A stretch of 64,000 nt of DNA from IMG/VR virus record IMGVR_UViG_3300020056_000007; one strand, written 5' to 3'. This DNA is from a virus. The notes under the pieces were generated by a model. It did not search any database. It saw only the letters and a program-made list of their open reading frames with translations, and had not been told where the DNA came from. Positions within the stretch are counted from its first letter, which is position 1. Each line of letters begins with the position of its first letter. A program made the translations under genes and the position numbers. Shown piece after piece: positions 17,251-27,534 of the stretch.

Positions 17251-17931
17251 TTATATTCCAATATTAAAGTCAAATAGTTGACCGGCTGATAAATTAATAT
17301 CTTTTCCTTTCCATTTGGTGTATGAAAAAGATACTACTAATTGAACGAGTCCGTCTAAGTCATTACTTAAATCAATACCATTCACAGTTGTAGGAAATGC
17401 ATCTTCTAAAACGCATGAATAAACACTTCCTCCGCCTAGTCCTAAATTTAAATTAAGTGGACCAATATTTTTACTTAGACCAGCTAAAGGTCTTCTTAAC
17501 TGATGTATTACAATTCTTTTTTCATATTTATCTTTATATTTTACTGTACCACTTTCTTGATCTAAAATGGTTTCATACCATGCATCAAAATAATTCTTAA
17601 CTCCATAATCATTCATAAGATAAAATGTCATTGATACTTCTGGTACAGCATATCCATATGCAACCTTTGACATTTCCATGCCAATTCTTCTATCTGATGT
17701 TAATACTTGTCTACCAGGTAAGGTTACATTAGAACATAAAATATTCATGTCTCTTGTACTAGGATTACTTTGTGCCACACCAGGAAAAGATGGCAAAGGA
17801 AGTAAACTTGCTAAAAATCCACCGAATCCACCTCCGCTACCAATTGCAGGAAGCTCAACCATAAATTGATTATTTTTGGCAAATCCAAATTTAGCATTAG
17901 ATATGGTTTTTAATTCTTCTATAGTACTCAT
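17251..17931 (-). CDS. tail tube-fold protein (gp54/gp19-like baseplate tube initiator)
   Basis: NQFMVEL, CSNVTLPG, YFDAW, DAFPTTVNGIDLS, VSFSYTKW. Confidence 0.7.
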   Translation of the reverse strand: MSTIEELKTISNAKFGFAKNNQFMVELPAIGSGGGFGGFLASLLPLPSFPGVAQSNPSTRDMNILCSNVTLPGRQVLTSDRRIGMEMSKVAYGYAVPEVSMTFYLMNDYGVKNYFDAWYETILDQESGTVKYKDKYEKRIVIHQLRRPLAGLSKNIGPLNLNLGLGGGSVYSCVLEDAFPTTVNGIDLSNDLDGLVQLVVSFSYTKWKGKDINLSAGQLFDFNIGI

Positions 17932-18518
17932 GAATTAATTACTTTCTTTGAATCTGAATAAACTCTTGATGCTGAAGCTTTTCTCCATTGTGCTGTTGGA
18001 AGAAAAGTAGCAATTTCCCATTCAGATGGTTGCACCACAGAAAATCTACTTTTTACATGGTTGGTCAAATAATGTTTATAGCATGGTTCATAATATTTAA
18101 ATTTTGCTGCAGACTTCAATAGTCTAGCTGAAACATTAAATTTTGTTGAGTCATCATACGCCATATTATTTGTAACATCCAATAGGCTATCCAATAATTT
18201 AGCTCTAAGAATTGGGGGAAGATAATGTAGATTTAATCCAAAAAATCCGCCAGGAGCTCGATCAACAACAACTGTAAGAGGAAACTTATCGTAATAAGGT
18301 AATGTTTCTTTATGCTTTGGGTCATAAAAATACATCATCATTCTTCCTGGACCAAATGTATCAGCCTTGGTTAATTCTGGTTCATTTAATAATGCACTTC
18401 TATTAACACGTGTTAACTTTTGAATCCTACGGCGAAACCAATCCCTGGACTCACGAGTCCGTGGTTGTATTCCTCTACGGAATGCTTCAATTTCTAGCTT
18501 TTGAAATAGATTACTCAT
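17928..18518 (-). CDS. 2: DNA end protector protein gp2
   Basis: MYFYDPKHKETLPYYDKFPL, GLNLHYLPP, CYKHYL..HV.S. Confidence 0.9.
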   Translation of the reverse strand: MSNLFQKLEIEAFRRGIQPRTRESRDWFRRRIQKLTRVNRSALLNEPELTKADTFGPGRMMMYFYDPKHKETLPYYDKFPLTVVVDRAPGGFFGLNLHYLPPILRAKLLDSLLDVTNNMAYDDSTKFNVSARLLKSAAKFKYYEPCYKHYLTNHVKSRFSVVQPSEWEIATFLPTAQWRKASASRVYSDSKKVINS

Positions 18519-18523
18519 ACTTG

Positions 18524-18531
18524 TATTTATA
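18524..18531 (-). promoter_or_regulatory. T4-type late promoter
   Basis: TATAAATA on minus strand immediately upstream of gene 2. Confidence 0.65.
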
Positions 18532-19033
18532 TCTTTTTCTTACGTTTTTTTCTAGTATAAGGTTTCATTGGTTTAAGCGGTTTTAATTTTCCAGGAATAG
18601 GTTTAGCTAGCAAACCCATTTGAGCTAGAGTTTTTTCTGTCCATATTTGAAACTCCCAACCGCGGTCTTTACAATATTCATTTGCTGCTTCCCACTTATT
18701 CATATTTTTAACATATGTCATTCCTTCAGTAATATATCTTTTGGTTCTTTTAGGACCAATTGGAGGAACTGTTTCTTTTTCAGGTTTTATTTCAATAAGT
18801 ATAGTTTTATCTTCCATAAATACTAATAAATCTGGAAAATATCTATGATATTTTTTATCAACTTCATAATAATATGGGATAATAAGTTCTTCTGATGACC
18901 ATTTTTTTACTTTAGGATTTTGATCACACCATTGAAAGCATGCTTTTTCCCATAATGAACGATAGATGACATTATCAAAATCACCCTTATACTTCTTAAT
19001 ATTGTTTACTTTATATCTTCCAGAATATGGCAT
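18527..19033 (-). CDS. 4: head completion nuclease gp4 (TnsA-like)
   Basis: YSGRY...KKYKGD...IYRSLWE, WSSEE, HRYFPD, IEIKP, N..KWEAA. Confidence 0.92.
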   Translation of the reverse strand: MPYSGRYKVNNIKKYKGDFDNVIYRSLWEKACFQWCDQNPKVKKWSSEELIIPYYYEVDKKYHRYFPDLLVFMEDKTILIEIKPEKETVPPIGPKRTKRYITEGMTYVKNMNKWEAANEYCKDRGWEFQIWTEKTLAQMGLLAKPIPGKLKPLKPMKPYTRKKRKKKI

Positions 19034-19040
19034 GTTTTCA

Positions 19041-19048
19041 TATAAATA
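19041..19048 (+). promoter_or_regulatory. T4-type late promoter
   Basis: TATAAATA upstream of the gp48-like gene. Confidence 0.75.
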
Positions 19049-19086
19049 AGAGAAAATAGTCTTACTTTTATTTATTAGGAAAACAA

Positions 19087-20226
19087 ATGGCAGAACTTTC
19101 TTATCCACTAAATTTGAATCCCGCCACTCAAGCTAGAATTGGATTTAATTGCTATAAAGCTCAACCAATCGATATGGCAAGTAGTGCTGCAATTCAAGAA
19201 GGATTTTCAGGCATATTATCCGCTGGTAAAGGTGCGTTACTTAATAGTATACAAGCCAATAACACTTTCGCTGATTTTCTCGGAATTGGTGGTGAAAAAC
19301 AAGAAGGGGATGAGGGGAAAACTGCTGAAGAAGCAAAGGCGGATGCTGAAGCTGCTGCTGCACAAAAAAATGCATCAACTCAAAAAATATTAGAAGGATT
19401 GCAAGGATTTAAATATTTTTTAGATACTAAATCTCCGAAAGTGAGTATGTATGTTCCTTTATCACTTGCATATAATGATAATATAATTTATGATAATGTA
19501 AATCTTGGTGCTGCAGGTGCTGCATTTGGCAGAGCACTTAATGAAGGTAGTGGATTAATTGGTGCAATTGGCCAAGGTTTTTTTGATGGATTAAGTAATG
19601 CTACAGAAGTTTTATCAAAAGGAATTGGTGCCGTTGGAGAAGGTGCTGCTGGTAGATTAGCAGCTCAAAGAACTGTACAATTAGCGTCTGGGAAATTATC
19701 TCCTGGTATAGCTAATACCGCAACTCTTGCATTACAAACAACAGTTAATCCTAATACAAGAAGTATGTTTAGAGGGGTTGCTATTAGAGAATTTACTTTT
19801 ACATTTCAAATGGTGCCGAGAAGTGAAAGAGAAGCTAGAGAAGCTCAAAAAATAATTCAATTTTTTAGACAAAGAATGTATCCAACTACGTTCAATCCGT
19901 TTTCACAAACATCAACAATTCCAATTGGATATGAATTTCCAGACTTATTTAGAATTTCATTCAAAATTGGTAACACAAGAATAAAAATTCCTAGAATTCA
20001 TTTAGCATATTTAAGAAATTGTCAAGTAAATTATAACCCAACTGGTTCTAGTTTTCATGATGATGGACAACCGAACGAAATGACAATAACATTGAACTTT
20101 ATGGAACACAAAACATTAAGCCGTAAAGAAATTGGTAATGCTAGTGGTGATGAGTCCGAATTAAGTGAAAGACAAGAAGTAACTAAAAGAATTTACGGTG
20201 CAGGAATGTCAAGTGATGGGTATTAA
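19087..20226 (+). CDS. 48: baseplate tail-tube cap gp48-like
   Basis: NPNTRSMFRGVAIREFTFTFQMVPRSEREA, vNYNP.G, TLNFME. Confidence 0.82.
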   Translation: MAELSYPLNLNPATQARIGFNCYKAQPIDMASSAAIQEGFSGILSAGKGALLNSIQANNTFADFLGIGGEKQEGDEGKTAEEAKADAEAAAAQKNASTQKILEGLQGFKYFLDTKSPKVSMYVPLSLAYNDNIIYDNVNLGAAGAAFGRALNEGSGLIGAIGQGFFDGLSNATEVLSKGIGAVGEGAAGRLAAQRTVQLASGKLSPGIANTATLALQTTVNPNTRSMFRGVAIREFTFTFQMVPRSEREAREAQKIIQFFRQRMYPTTFNPFSQTSTIPIGYEFPDLFRISFKIGNTRIKIPRIHLAYLRNCQVNYNPTGSSFHDDGQPNEMTITLNFMEHKTLSRKEIGNASGDESELSERQEVTKRIYGAGMSSDGY

Positions 20227-20228
20227 AA

Positions 20229-20954
20229 ATGTATTTTAAAGATTACGAAAAAATTAGATATAGTTTTGGAGATGAAACAACCAGAACTCTTTTTCAGAAT
20301 TTAACATTATACACTGATATACTTGATCAGATAAAAGATGATTTAAGTTTTTATGATGTTAAATTTATACAAGAAGGCGAAAGGCCTGATCAAACTTCAG
20401 TGAGATTTTATGGAACACCAATTTATTATTGGACTTTCTTTTTACTTAATGATAAATTAAGAGCAAAAGGTTGGCCAATTGATCGAGTTCAATTATTGCA
20501 AAAACTAAAAACAGAATATAGTAAATTTACTCTTACTTTAAGGCGAGATTTATCTCAAACATTTACACTAGGAGTATATGTTACCGGTAACACTAGTGGT
20601 GCAAGAGGAAAAATTATTCATAGAAATTTAGATAGTGGTCAAATTATAGTTGAATTAGATGATGAGACAGTTAAATTTTTACCAGACGAAGTAGTAACAA
20701 TACTTCAACCTACAACAATTACTGAACAATTGTATGGTGCATCCGAAGAATATTTAGCAGCCAAATATTATAGAGATGGAAGTAAGACAAGAGTTGATTA
20801 TGATCCAATTGTTGGTCCTGGTGCATTATTAGAAGAAGTAACGGTACTTGATCATTATAATGAACAAAACGAAGATTTGAGAAGAATTAAAGTATTGAAA
20901 CCAGAATATTTGGAAAAACTAGCATCAGCATATACACAAGCGGTACAATCATAA
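20229..20954 (+). CDS. 53: baseplate wedge subunit gp53
   Basis: MYF, IQEGERPDQTS..FYG....YW..FLLN.....WP, NE..RRIKVLKPEY. Confidence 0.88.
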   Translation: MYFKDYEKIRYSFGDETTRTLFQNLTLYTDILDQIKDDLSFYDVKFIQEGERPDQTSVRFYGTPIYYWTFFLLNDKLRAKGWPIDRVQLLQKLKTEYSKFTLTLRRDLSQTFTLGVYVTGNTSGARGKIIHRNLDSGQIIVELDDETVKFLPDEVVTILQPTTITEQLYGASEEYLAAKYYRDGSKTRVDYDPIVGPGALLEEVTVLDHYNEQNEDLRRIKVLKPEYLEKLASAYTQAVQS

Positions 20955-22352
20955 ATGCCTCAAGAAAATTCAAGACAACCGGCTCAGCCGTTCATATTTT
21001 CAAGAGCTGATCTTATATCAACGCGAACTGGTGTAGCTAATCGGTTTGTAAGTCATGATATAAGAGATGCGCTGGTTGATGTAATTATATATGAACAATT
21101 AAATAAACCATATACTACATGCATGATCACATACGTTGATAATGCTGATACGCTATCAAGTTTAGATATTCAAGGTGGAGAAATACTTCATTTAGAGGTT
21201 AAACCTTCAGTAGATCCTCAAGCACCTGGAATAAAAAAAGATTATTATGTTATGAGTGTAACAAATTCTGTAAGGACAAGTGATCTTATGGAAACACAAA
21301 CCTTACTTTGTGTTGATAAAAATTATTTTGAATCTATTAGAAAAAATTGCAATGATGTACTTACTGGTACACCATTAGATATGATATTATCAATAGCGAC
21401 GGATTATTTCAATGACTTAAATGTCTTACACAATTTTAATGATTATCAAGAACTTCATAAAGTTATTGTACCCAATAAAACTCCTTTACAAGCTATGACA
21501 TGGATCAATTCTATGAATATGACATCAGTTGGTCTACCATATTTCTTATACGCCACTATGGGAGACGATACTCTTCGTTATTTTAGTTTAGAAGATCTTA
21601 TCACTCAAGATACGTTTAATGTTGATAAACCTTTAACATATGGTTTTCATACAACAATGGAAACAGTGCAAACCAATGATGTACTTCAAAATTCTTTTAG
21701 TATTCAGCAATATGATTATAAAAACACTCACAAATTAAAAGATTTGATTGATGGAGGATTTACATCAGCTATTCATAGATATTATGATACAAATGTAAAT
21801 AAACATTTTGTTACAGAGTTTTCTGCTGTAGATGCAATGGAACAACTTCATACAAATAACATATATTCAAAAGGTCAAACACGATATAATATTCCAGCTG
21901 GTCAACAATTTGAAGATGAAGGTTTTTTTGATAATTATCATAGAGTCTTTCAACATATAAGTAGTTCAAGACCATACACTGGTTATCTTTCATATCATCA
22001 AAAAGCAAATGAAGCAAATTATCATAAAGAAACAAATAGACGAGCTTACAGAAACTATTTGGTAAAAGAACCACTTAGTGTACAATTTGATGGTAAGTAT
22101 CTTGGAGTTTTGCATGGCATTTTAAGAAAAGAATATCCATCTGCACCTCATTTAATAGGACAAAAAATAAGAATATTATTTAAAAGAACAGCTGAAAATC
22201 CTTCAAGAGATAACGCTGCACTTGATATTAAAAAATCAGGTGATTATATAGTACATTCTGTAAAACACATCTTACAGCGAGAAAGATACGATATTCAAAT
22301 GACTGGCGTAAAAATACAAAGTTATGATGATGGAAGGACGGTGGCTAAATGA
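20955..22352 (+). CDS. baseplate hub protein (gp27-like)
   Basis: Position between gp53 and gp5; IYEQL.KPY, IVPNKTP, SGDYIVHSVKH. Confidence 0.6.
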   Translation: MPQENSRQPAQPFIFSRADLISTRTGVANRFVSHDIRDALVDVIIYEQLNKPYTTCMITYVDNADTLSSLDIQGGEILHLEVKPSVDPQAPGIKKDYYVMSVTNSVRTSDLMETQTLLCVDKNYFESIRKNCNDVLTGTPLDMILSIATDYFNDLNVLHNFNDYQELHKVIVPNKTPLQAMTWINSMNMTSVGLPYFLYATMGDDTLRYFSLEDLITQDTFNVDKPLTYGFHTTMETVQTNDVLQNSFSIQQYDYKNTHKLKDLIDGGFTSAIHRYYDTNVNKHFVTEFSAVDAMEQLHTNNIYSKGQTRYNIPAGQQFEDEGFFDNYHRVFQHISSSRPYTGYLSYHQKANEANYHKETNRRAYRNYLVKEPLSVQFDGKYLGVLHGILRKEYPSAPHLIGQKIRILFKRTAENPSRDNAALDIKKSGDYIVHSVKHILQRERYDIQMTGVKIQSYDDGRTVAK

Positions 22353-23368
22353 GCGCAAAGACTCACTTCTATGGTGATAACGTAAGATGGTTTATTGGCC
22401 AAGTTGCACGTAATACTTCACCTGATCCAACTCGAACTGGAAGAATAAAGGTTAGAATTTTTGGTATACACGATTCTTATGATATTCGTGAAGCTGATCT
22501 TCCGTGGGCTCAAGTGATATCGCCAAGTGTTTTTGGTGGTGGATCTGGGCTAACACCTGGAACTCGTATAGAAGCTCAGACTCTAGTGTTTGGATTTTTT
22601 CTTGATGGTGAGCATTCTCAACTTCCTCTCGTCATTGGTTCTATACCAACTCGTGAGTCTCTTGTAACTCCTCAATATCAATATGGAGATACTCAAAATA
22701 AAATAAACGAAACAACTGTATTTTCAGATGCAGAAAATGAACAATTTTCATCATATGGATTTGATGAAAATGCTGAAGGAGGTATGGCAAATCCTGGACC
22801 AGATAATTATGATGTAACTCGAGGATCTGATGTCTTATTCGGCCAAGACAATTTAGAAAGAGCATGGTATTGGTTTAGAAGTGTAACTGGTGGAGATTAT
22901 AGTGCTGAAGCAACTGCAGGTCTTCTTGGAAATTTTTGGATAGAGTCAGGTCCACCTGCTGGTGGATTGCCAGATGATATTAACCCAGACGCAAGGAATG
23001 ACACAGATGAACAATCTTATGGAATTGCACAATGGAATCCTTTTAATGGTGGTAATAGAGCCTATGTTAATCCTAAGTCTCGATTAGCAAAATATTATGC
23101 ATTTGTTGCTGATTTCGGTGGAGATATGCAAGTAGAATGGTTGCTTCCTCAGCTCATGTTTGTAACTTATGAACTCGAACATGACCCAGTTCATGGTTGT
23201 AGCGCTGAATTACATGCTGCTACTACTCCAGAAGAAGCAGCTCGTATTGTAGAAGTTCATTACGAAAAACCAGAATTCTATGATAAACCTAATCATCCAA
23301 GATCGAGTAGCTTTGCTCGGCGTGCAGCGGCTAGAAACATTTATAAAAGATTCACAGGGACTGATTGA
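22349..23368 (+). CDS. gp5 N-terminal OB-fold fused to a phage tail lysozyme domain
   Basis: WFIG.V....DP...GRIKVRIFG.H...LPWA...VFGFFLDG...P.V.G; then AGLLGNFWIES...YGIAQW...QL.FV..EL...YEKP. Confidence 0.85.
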   Translation: MSAKTHFYGDNVRWFIGQVARNTSPDPTRTGRIKVRIFGIHDSYDIREADLPWAQVISPSVFGGGSGLTPGTRIEAQTLVFGFFLDGEHSQLPLVIGSIPTRESLVTPQYQYGDTQNKINETTVFSDAENEQFSSYGFDENAEGGMANPGPDNYDVTRGSDVLFGQDNLERAWYWFRSVTGGDYSAEATAGLLGNFWIESGPPAGGLPDDINPDARNDTDEQSYGIAQWNPFNGGNRAYVNPKSRLAKYYAFVADFGGDMQVEWLLPQLMFVTYELEHDPVHGCSAELHAATTPEEAARIVEVHYEKPEFYDKPNHPRSSSFARRAAARNIYKRFTGTD

Positions 23369-25380
23369 TGCCAGAAATTAGAGCGTATAATACAAATATA
23401 GTTCAGCTTGATTTGAATACTTCGAGTATTGTAAAGGTTCAAACTAAAACAAAAGCTGATAATAACTTTTTCGGAACCACGACACAATTTACACTTTCTG
23501 GTTCAGTTCTTGTATTACGAAAAAAATATGCAGAGATCGTAGTTGAATATACTGTAAGCGATCAGAAAAGAGAACTTGAGCAAAGACTTCCTACTACTGA
23601 ACTCGAAAAAAAGCTGAATAATTTAGCAAATTCACCTGAAGCTCTTACACTAAAAAACAAAGCAAATGAGGTAGCAGCCAAACTGGTTGGCCAAGAAGGA
23701 GCGCTTGCAAAAGCACTCGGAGAAGATCTCAATGGATTTAAAGCATTGGGCGAAGCATTCGAAGAAAATGTCAAAACAACTATGCAAGCGTTACCAGTTC
23801 TTTCTACTTCAAGTAGTCTTGGCGCAGCCAAGACTTCGCTCGAGAAGGCCAATTCGGATTTAATTACAGGTAAGTCTACAGGCAACGGAGCACCAAACTT
23901 TGTCGTAGCCCAAGGTTCTCCAAAGGCATTGAATGAATTATTCCAAGGTGCAAATAAGATCTTCGAAGCAGCAAAGCCAGAATTGACTACACTTCTCAAG
24001 GAAGTATCAGCAGTCGCCGAAGAGATTGATGCAGATAAAGTATTGAATGATGTAGCAACCGAAGCATCGACTGAAATCAAAAAGACCGTAAAAGCTTTCA
24101 TGAAAGACATTACACCGAACGAACCATTCGTACAAGCAAAGGAAACTTCATTCGGAAATCTTCTTGCTACTGTAGTCGGAGCTGCTCGGTCTCTTGAACA
24201 AGCAGCATTTGATCTTCCTCTTCAAGGGCTAAAAGAAGATCTACCTGATCTCATAGATGAATTCAAACAGACTAATATATCAAAAAATGTTATCAACGGA
24301 TTGTATTCAGATCCATCGACTAAGACTCCTCTGACAAACGTGATTCAAAAACTTGGAGGAGAGATAAACGAATTTGGTACTTCGAGACAAAAGTTCGATC
24401 TGGTTGATACTATCGAAGAATTTCAGTACGACATCGCTACATGCAAAAGAGATATTACCGCATCAGTTATTCATTGGACTAAATCATTCTCTGATCAGTA
24501 TCTTACTGCATATGATATTGACTTGAATCATAAAAAATTGCAAATTGCAAAACTCGGAGATGAGGAAGTTGCAAATGCAAAAAACAAAAGTGGAATCATG
24601 TGGCATTATGTTATATTAAAAGATGGATCACTACAGAGAGGTCGACCACTTGAACTTGAAACGATTCCAGAGTCACCTTGGCCTACAAGAACCATTCATA
24701 TAGGGTTTGTAGCTGGATATACAATACCATTTGGAGAACAATCTGCCACAATCTATCCATCATCAGAGTCTATTACATCTGCTCAATGGAATACATTTGA
24801 CAAAATAGTAGAATCTCTTATACTACTTAAGCCAGGAATAGCAATCACTGGACATAATACAATCCATCGAGTGACCGCATGTCCAGGCTTCGATGTACAA
24901 TCTTATGTAGAAAGAAAATACAACTACTATACTCCATACACCTCAGAGTATCTCGATCGTGATGAACCATTTACTATAGAAGAACTCGCATCAGTGCCCG
25001 CTAAGAAAATTGCAAACGCGCAAAAGGGCTTCGAACCCTCTAGTGTCGTCGCTGATGTCTTAGCAAAGCGGAACACAAACACGGACAAAAAAACAGGTGA
25101 GACTAAGTTGCCTACGGAACAGGAAATCACCGATGCTATTAGCGAGTTTAAAACCAAAGTGAAAGAACTCGATACTCAAGATATTCAACTTAAAATAAAA
25201 GAAGCTAAAGCTCAGCTCACAGAGCAGTTCAGTAATCCTCGCTCTGAGCTCAATACAGAGATTCAGAAGTTAGCGAACCAAAAGGATGAGATAGTATCCT
25301 CTTTAGAAAGCGCGCGGAAGACATTAGTGAACAGCGGATATGAGTATAGCTCAAAGGAGAACACATGGCTGAAAAAATAA
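23368..25380 (+). CDS. structural protein with T7-lysozyme-like N-acetylmuramoyl-L-alanine amidase domain
   Basis: VIHWT, HYVI..DG..QRGRP, HIGFVAG, T.AQW, ITGH....CPGFDV; flanked by coiled coils. Confidence 0.75.
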   Translation: MPEIRAYNTNIVQLDLNTSSIVKVQTKTKADNNFFGTTTQFTLSGSVLVLRKKYAEIVVEYTVSDQKRELEQRLPTTELEKKLNNLANSPEALTLKNKANEVAAKLVGQEGALAKALGEDLNGFKALGEAFEENVKTTMQALPVLSTSSSLGAAKTSLEKANSDLITGKSTGNGAPNFVVAQGSPKALNELFQGANKIFEAAKPELTTLLKEVSAVAEEIDADKVLNDVATEASTEIKKTVKAFMKDITPNEPFVQAKETSFGNLLATVVGAARSLEQAAFDLPLQGLKEDLPDLIDEFKQTNISKNVINGLYSDPSTKTPLTNVIQKLGGEINEFGTSRQKFDLVDTIEEFQYDIATCKRDITASVIHWTKSFSDQYLTAYDIDLNHKKLQIAKLGDEEVANAKNKSGIMWHYVILKDGSLQRGRPLELETIPESPWPTRTIHIGFVAGYTIPFGEQSATIYPSSESITSAQWNTFDKIVESLILLKPGIAITGHNTIHRVTACPGFDVQSYVERKYNYYTPYTSEYLDRDEPFTIEELASVPAKKIANAQKGFEPSSVVADVLAKRNTNTDKKTGETKLPTEQEITDAISEFKTKVKELDTQDIQLKIKEAKAQLTEQFSNPRSELNTEIQKLANQKDEIVSSLESARKTLVNSGYEYSSKENTWLKK

Positions 25381-26831
25381 TTGTAGATGATGAATATAAT
25401 TACTATGGACCAACTCAACGAGAAGAAGCGACTCGCGGAAAAACAAATAATTCGGTACGTGCTGATAAAACTCATGAGTTCCCTAAACTCCCATATTCAC
25501 ACCAATCTTCGGTAAATAAAACATCGCGTGGTGGTAGGAAAAACTATGTCTATACCGGTGGTGGAGATAAAATAGTCGACTATGTAGACGCCATTCCAGC
25601 GTCGCGAAGATCGAGCTCACAGTATGGTAAGACGTCTGTACATGAGACTATATCTGGTCATACCATTGAATACGACGATACGCCTGGTTCAGAAAGAATC
25701 ATGATATACCATAAGACAGGATCTGGTGTAGAACTTCTTGCCGACGGAACTTCTATCTATAGTAGTGTAGGTAATACAGTGCGCGTGGTACAGAAAGATG
25801 AGAAGGTTGTAGTAGAAGGAGACGCGCACTTAAGTTATAATGGCAATTTAACATTAGACGTCTCTGGTGACTTTAATGTGAAGGTTGGTGGTAACTATAA
25901 CGTTGAGGTGGGTGGAAATGAAGTAAGGAAGACTGATGGCTCGGTCGGTGTCACGATAGGGAAGAAGCACCAAAAGACTGTAAAAGGTAATGAAGTCTCT
26001 ATGGTAGCGGGATCTATTACTGATCAGACTCTCGGTCAACGGTATAGCGTAACAAAGGGCGTTTTTACGGTGCTAGCTGAAGGTGACTATATACAGGCCT
26101 GTAAAGGTACGTTATCTTTGACATCGGAAGATGAAGTTATTCTCTCAAGCCCAGACATGAATATAGCAGCGAATGATTTATCCGTTTTTGGTGCCACTGG
26201 AACGTTTGGTGGAGATACTATAACGGGATATTTCCAGAATGTATTTTGTAAGAGTGGAAGTTTTACTGAGGGAGTAACAGCCCCTACATTCCATGGGGAT
26301 TTAACTGGTAGGGCAGATGAAGCTATAGCTTCTGATACTGCGGTATATGCTTCTTATGGAGGTGGACCAGGTAGTGCGGAAAATTGGACTAATACAAATA
26401 CTGCCACAGACCTTACCGAAACAGCGAGACCTACAAGTGCAATTTTATCAGACTATTTAGATAATAGTGATAGAGCATATATTAGAGTATCTATAGATCC
26501 AGGTGACTATATGAAAAAAGCTATTAATAGAAGTGATTTTTACGGTGGTATTACTGATAAGGATCCTAATATATCTGAGGTACGGGCTTTATTAAAAGAT
26601 CCAGATAATACAAATAATGATACATTTCTTGGTAATTTATTAGCAGCTGGAAAAATATCGAGTTTATATAGCAATGTAGTTCCTTTATATACAGGCAGGC
26701 AAGTAAATCCTGTAGATGCATTATTAACTGGTAGTACAAATCTTGGACAAACTACTCGAGGTGGAAGTAAACAATTTACAATGGGTACAAATACTCGACT
26801 CGAAGATCAATTAAAGAAAAGAGGATTATAA
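25365..26831 (+). CDS. gp5 C-terminal beta-helix (tail needle) protein
   Basis: ETISGH.IEYDDTPGSERI..YH.TG..VE...DG followed by VxG repeats. Confidence 0.85.
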   Translation: MAEKIIVDDEYNYYGPTQREEATRGKTNNSVRADKTHEFPKLPYSHQSSVNKTSRGGRKNYVYTGGGDKIVDYVDAIPASRRSSSQYGKTSVHETISGHTIEYDDTPGSERIMIYHKTGSGVELLADGTSIYSSVGNTVRVVQKDEKVVVEGDAHLSYNGNLTLDVSGDFNVKVGGNYNVEVGGNEVRKTDGSVGVTIGKKHQKTVKGNEVSMVAGSITDQTLGQRYSVTKGVFTVLAEGDYIQACKGTLSLTSEDEVILSSPDMNIAANDLSVFGATGTFGGDTITGYFQNVFCKSGSFTEGVTAPTFHGDLTGRADEAIASDTAVYASYGGGPGSAENWTNTNTATDLTETARPTSAILSDYLDNSDRAYIRVSIDPGDYMKKAINRSDFYGGITDKDPNISEVRALLKDPDNTNNDTFLGNLLAAGKISSLYSNVVPLYTGRQVNPVDALLTGSTNLGQTTRGGSKQFTMGTNTRLEDQLKKRGL

Positions 26832-26832
26832 T

Positions 26833-27495
26833 ATGGCAGGTGTACAATTTGTAGTAGATCAACAATATAATCCAGAATGGCAAGCTAATATTACGAGTGG
26901 TACAAAATTAGCTGCTGGAATAAGTATGGCAAAATTTATATATGGAAGTAGTAATCCAAATGGTATAGATCATATTACCGAAAATGTATCTGATGAAAAT
27001 AAATATAAACTTGCGAAACAATATATTATGCAAGCGACAGCCCTTTTATCGTGCCGTATAAAACCCTTCTCTCGATATAGGGTTAAAGTGGCAGAGGGTT
27101 ATTATAGAATAACAGATAAAAGTCGTGTATATGATGTAGATAGTATATTATATCTACGAAATAAAGGCCGGGCAGTAGTATATGAAATATATGGTGAAGA
27201 TGGAAATGTCGATAATTTAAAAAGTTTTGATTTAGCTCTCCATTTTTCTACTCATAGATATGGCGGTGTTATGCCAGCCAAAACTATTTTATCTTATGAC
27301 AATTATAATCCAAGCGGAAAACTCCATTCTCAAGTTACTCTCATTATGCCCGAAATTCAAGATGGATGGAATGTAAGATATTCATTTACACCGAATCAAG
27401 TAGAAACAAAATATAATGGACATAATCTCACAACTGGTGAATTTGTAGAAGTACTTGAACAACCAAGTGATGGAACAGTTTTATATGGAACATGA
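26833..27495 (+). CDS. hypothetical baseplate-associated protein
   Basis: 220 aa between the gp5 C-part and gp25. Confidence 0.6.
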   Translation: MAGVQFVVDQQYNPEWQANITSGTKLAAGISMAKFIYGSSNPNGIDHITENVSDENKYKLAKQYIMQATALLSCRIKPFSRYRVKVAEGYYRITDKSRVYDVDSILYLRNKGRAVVYEIYGEDGNVDNLKSFDLALHFSTHRYGGVMPAKTILSYDNYNPSGKLHSQVTLIMPEIQDGWNVRYSFTPNQVETKYNGHNLTTGEFVEVLEQPSDGTVLYGT

Positions 27496-27506
27496 TCTCT
27501 TTGCGG

Positions 27507-27514
27507 TATAAATA
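27507..27514 (+). promoter_or_regulatory. T4-type late promoter
   Basis: TATAAATA upstream of gp25. Confidence 0.8.
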
Positions 27515-27534
27515 GAAAGAAAGGATAATTACAC

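Noticed and set aside
18527-19033. TnsA-like nuclease as a transposon marker
   Set aside because: Sequence and synteny (beside gp2 and gp48/53) identify it as head-completion gp4.
23562-25475. Minus-strand ORFs inside the amidase gene
   Set aside because: Antisense shadows with no promoter or RBS support.
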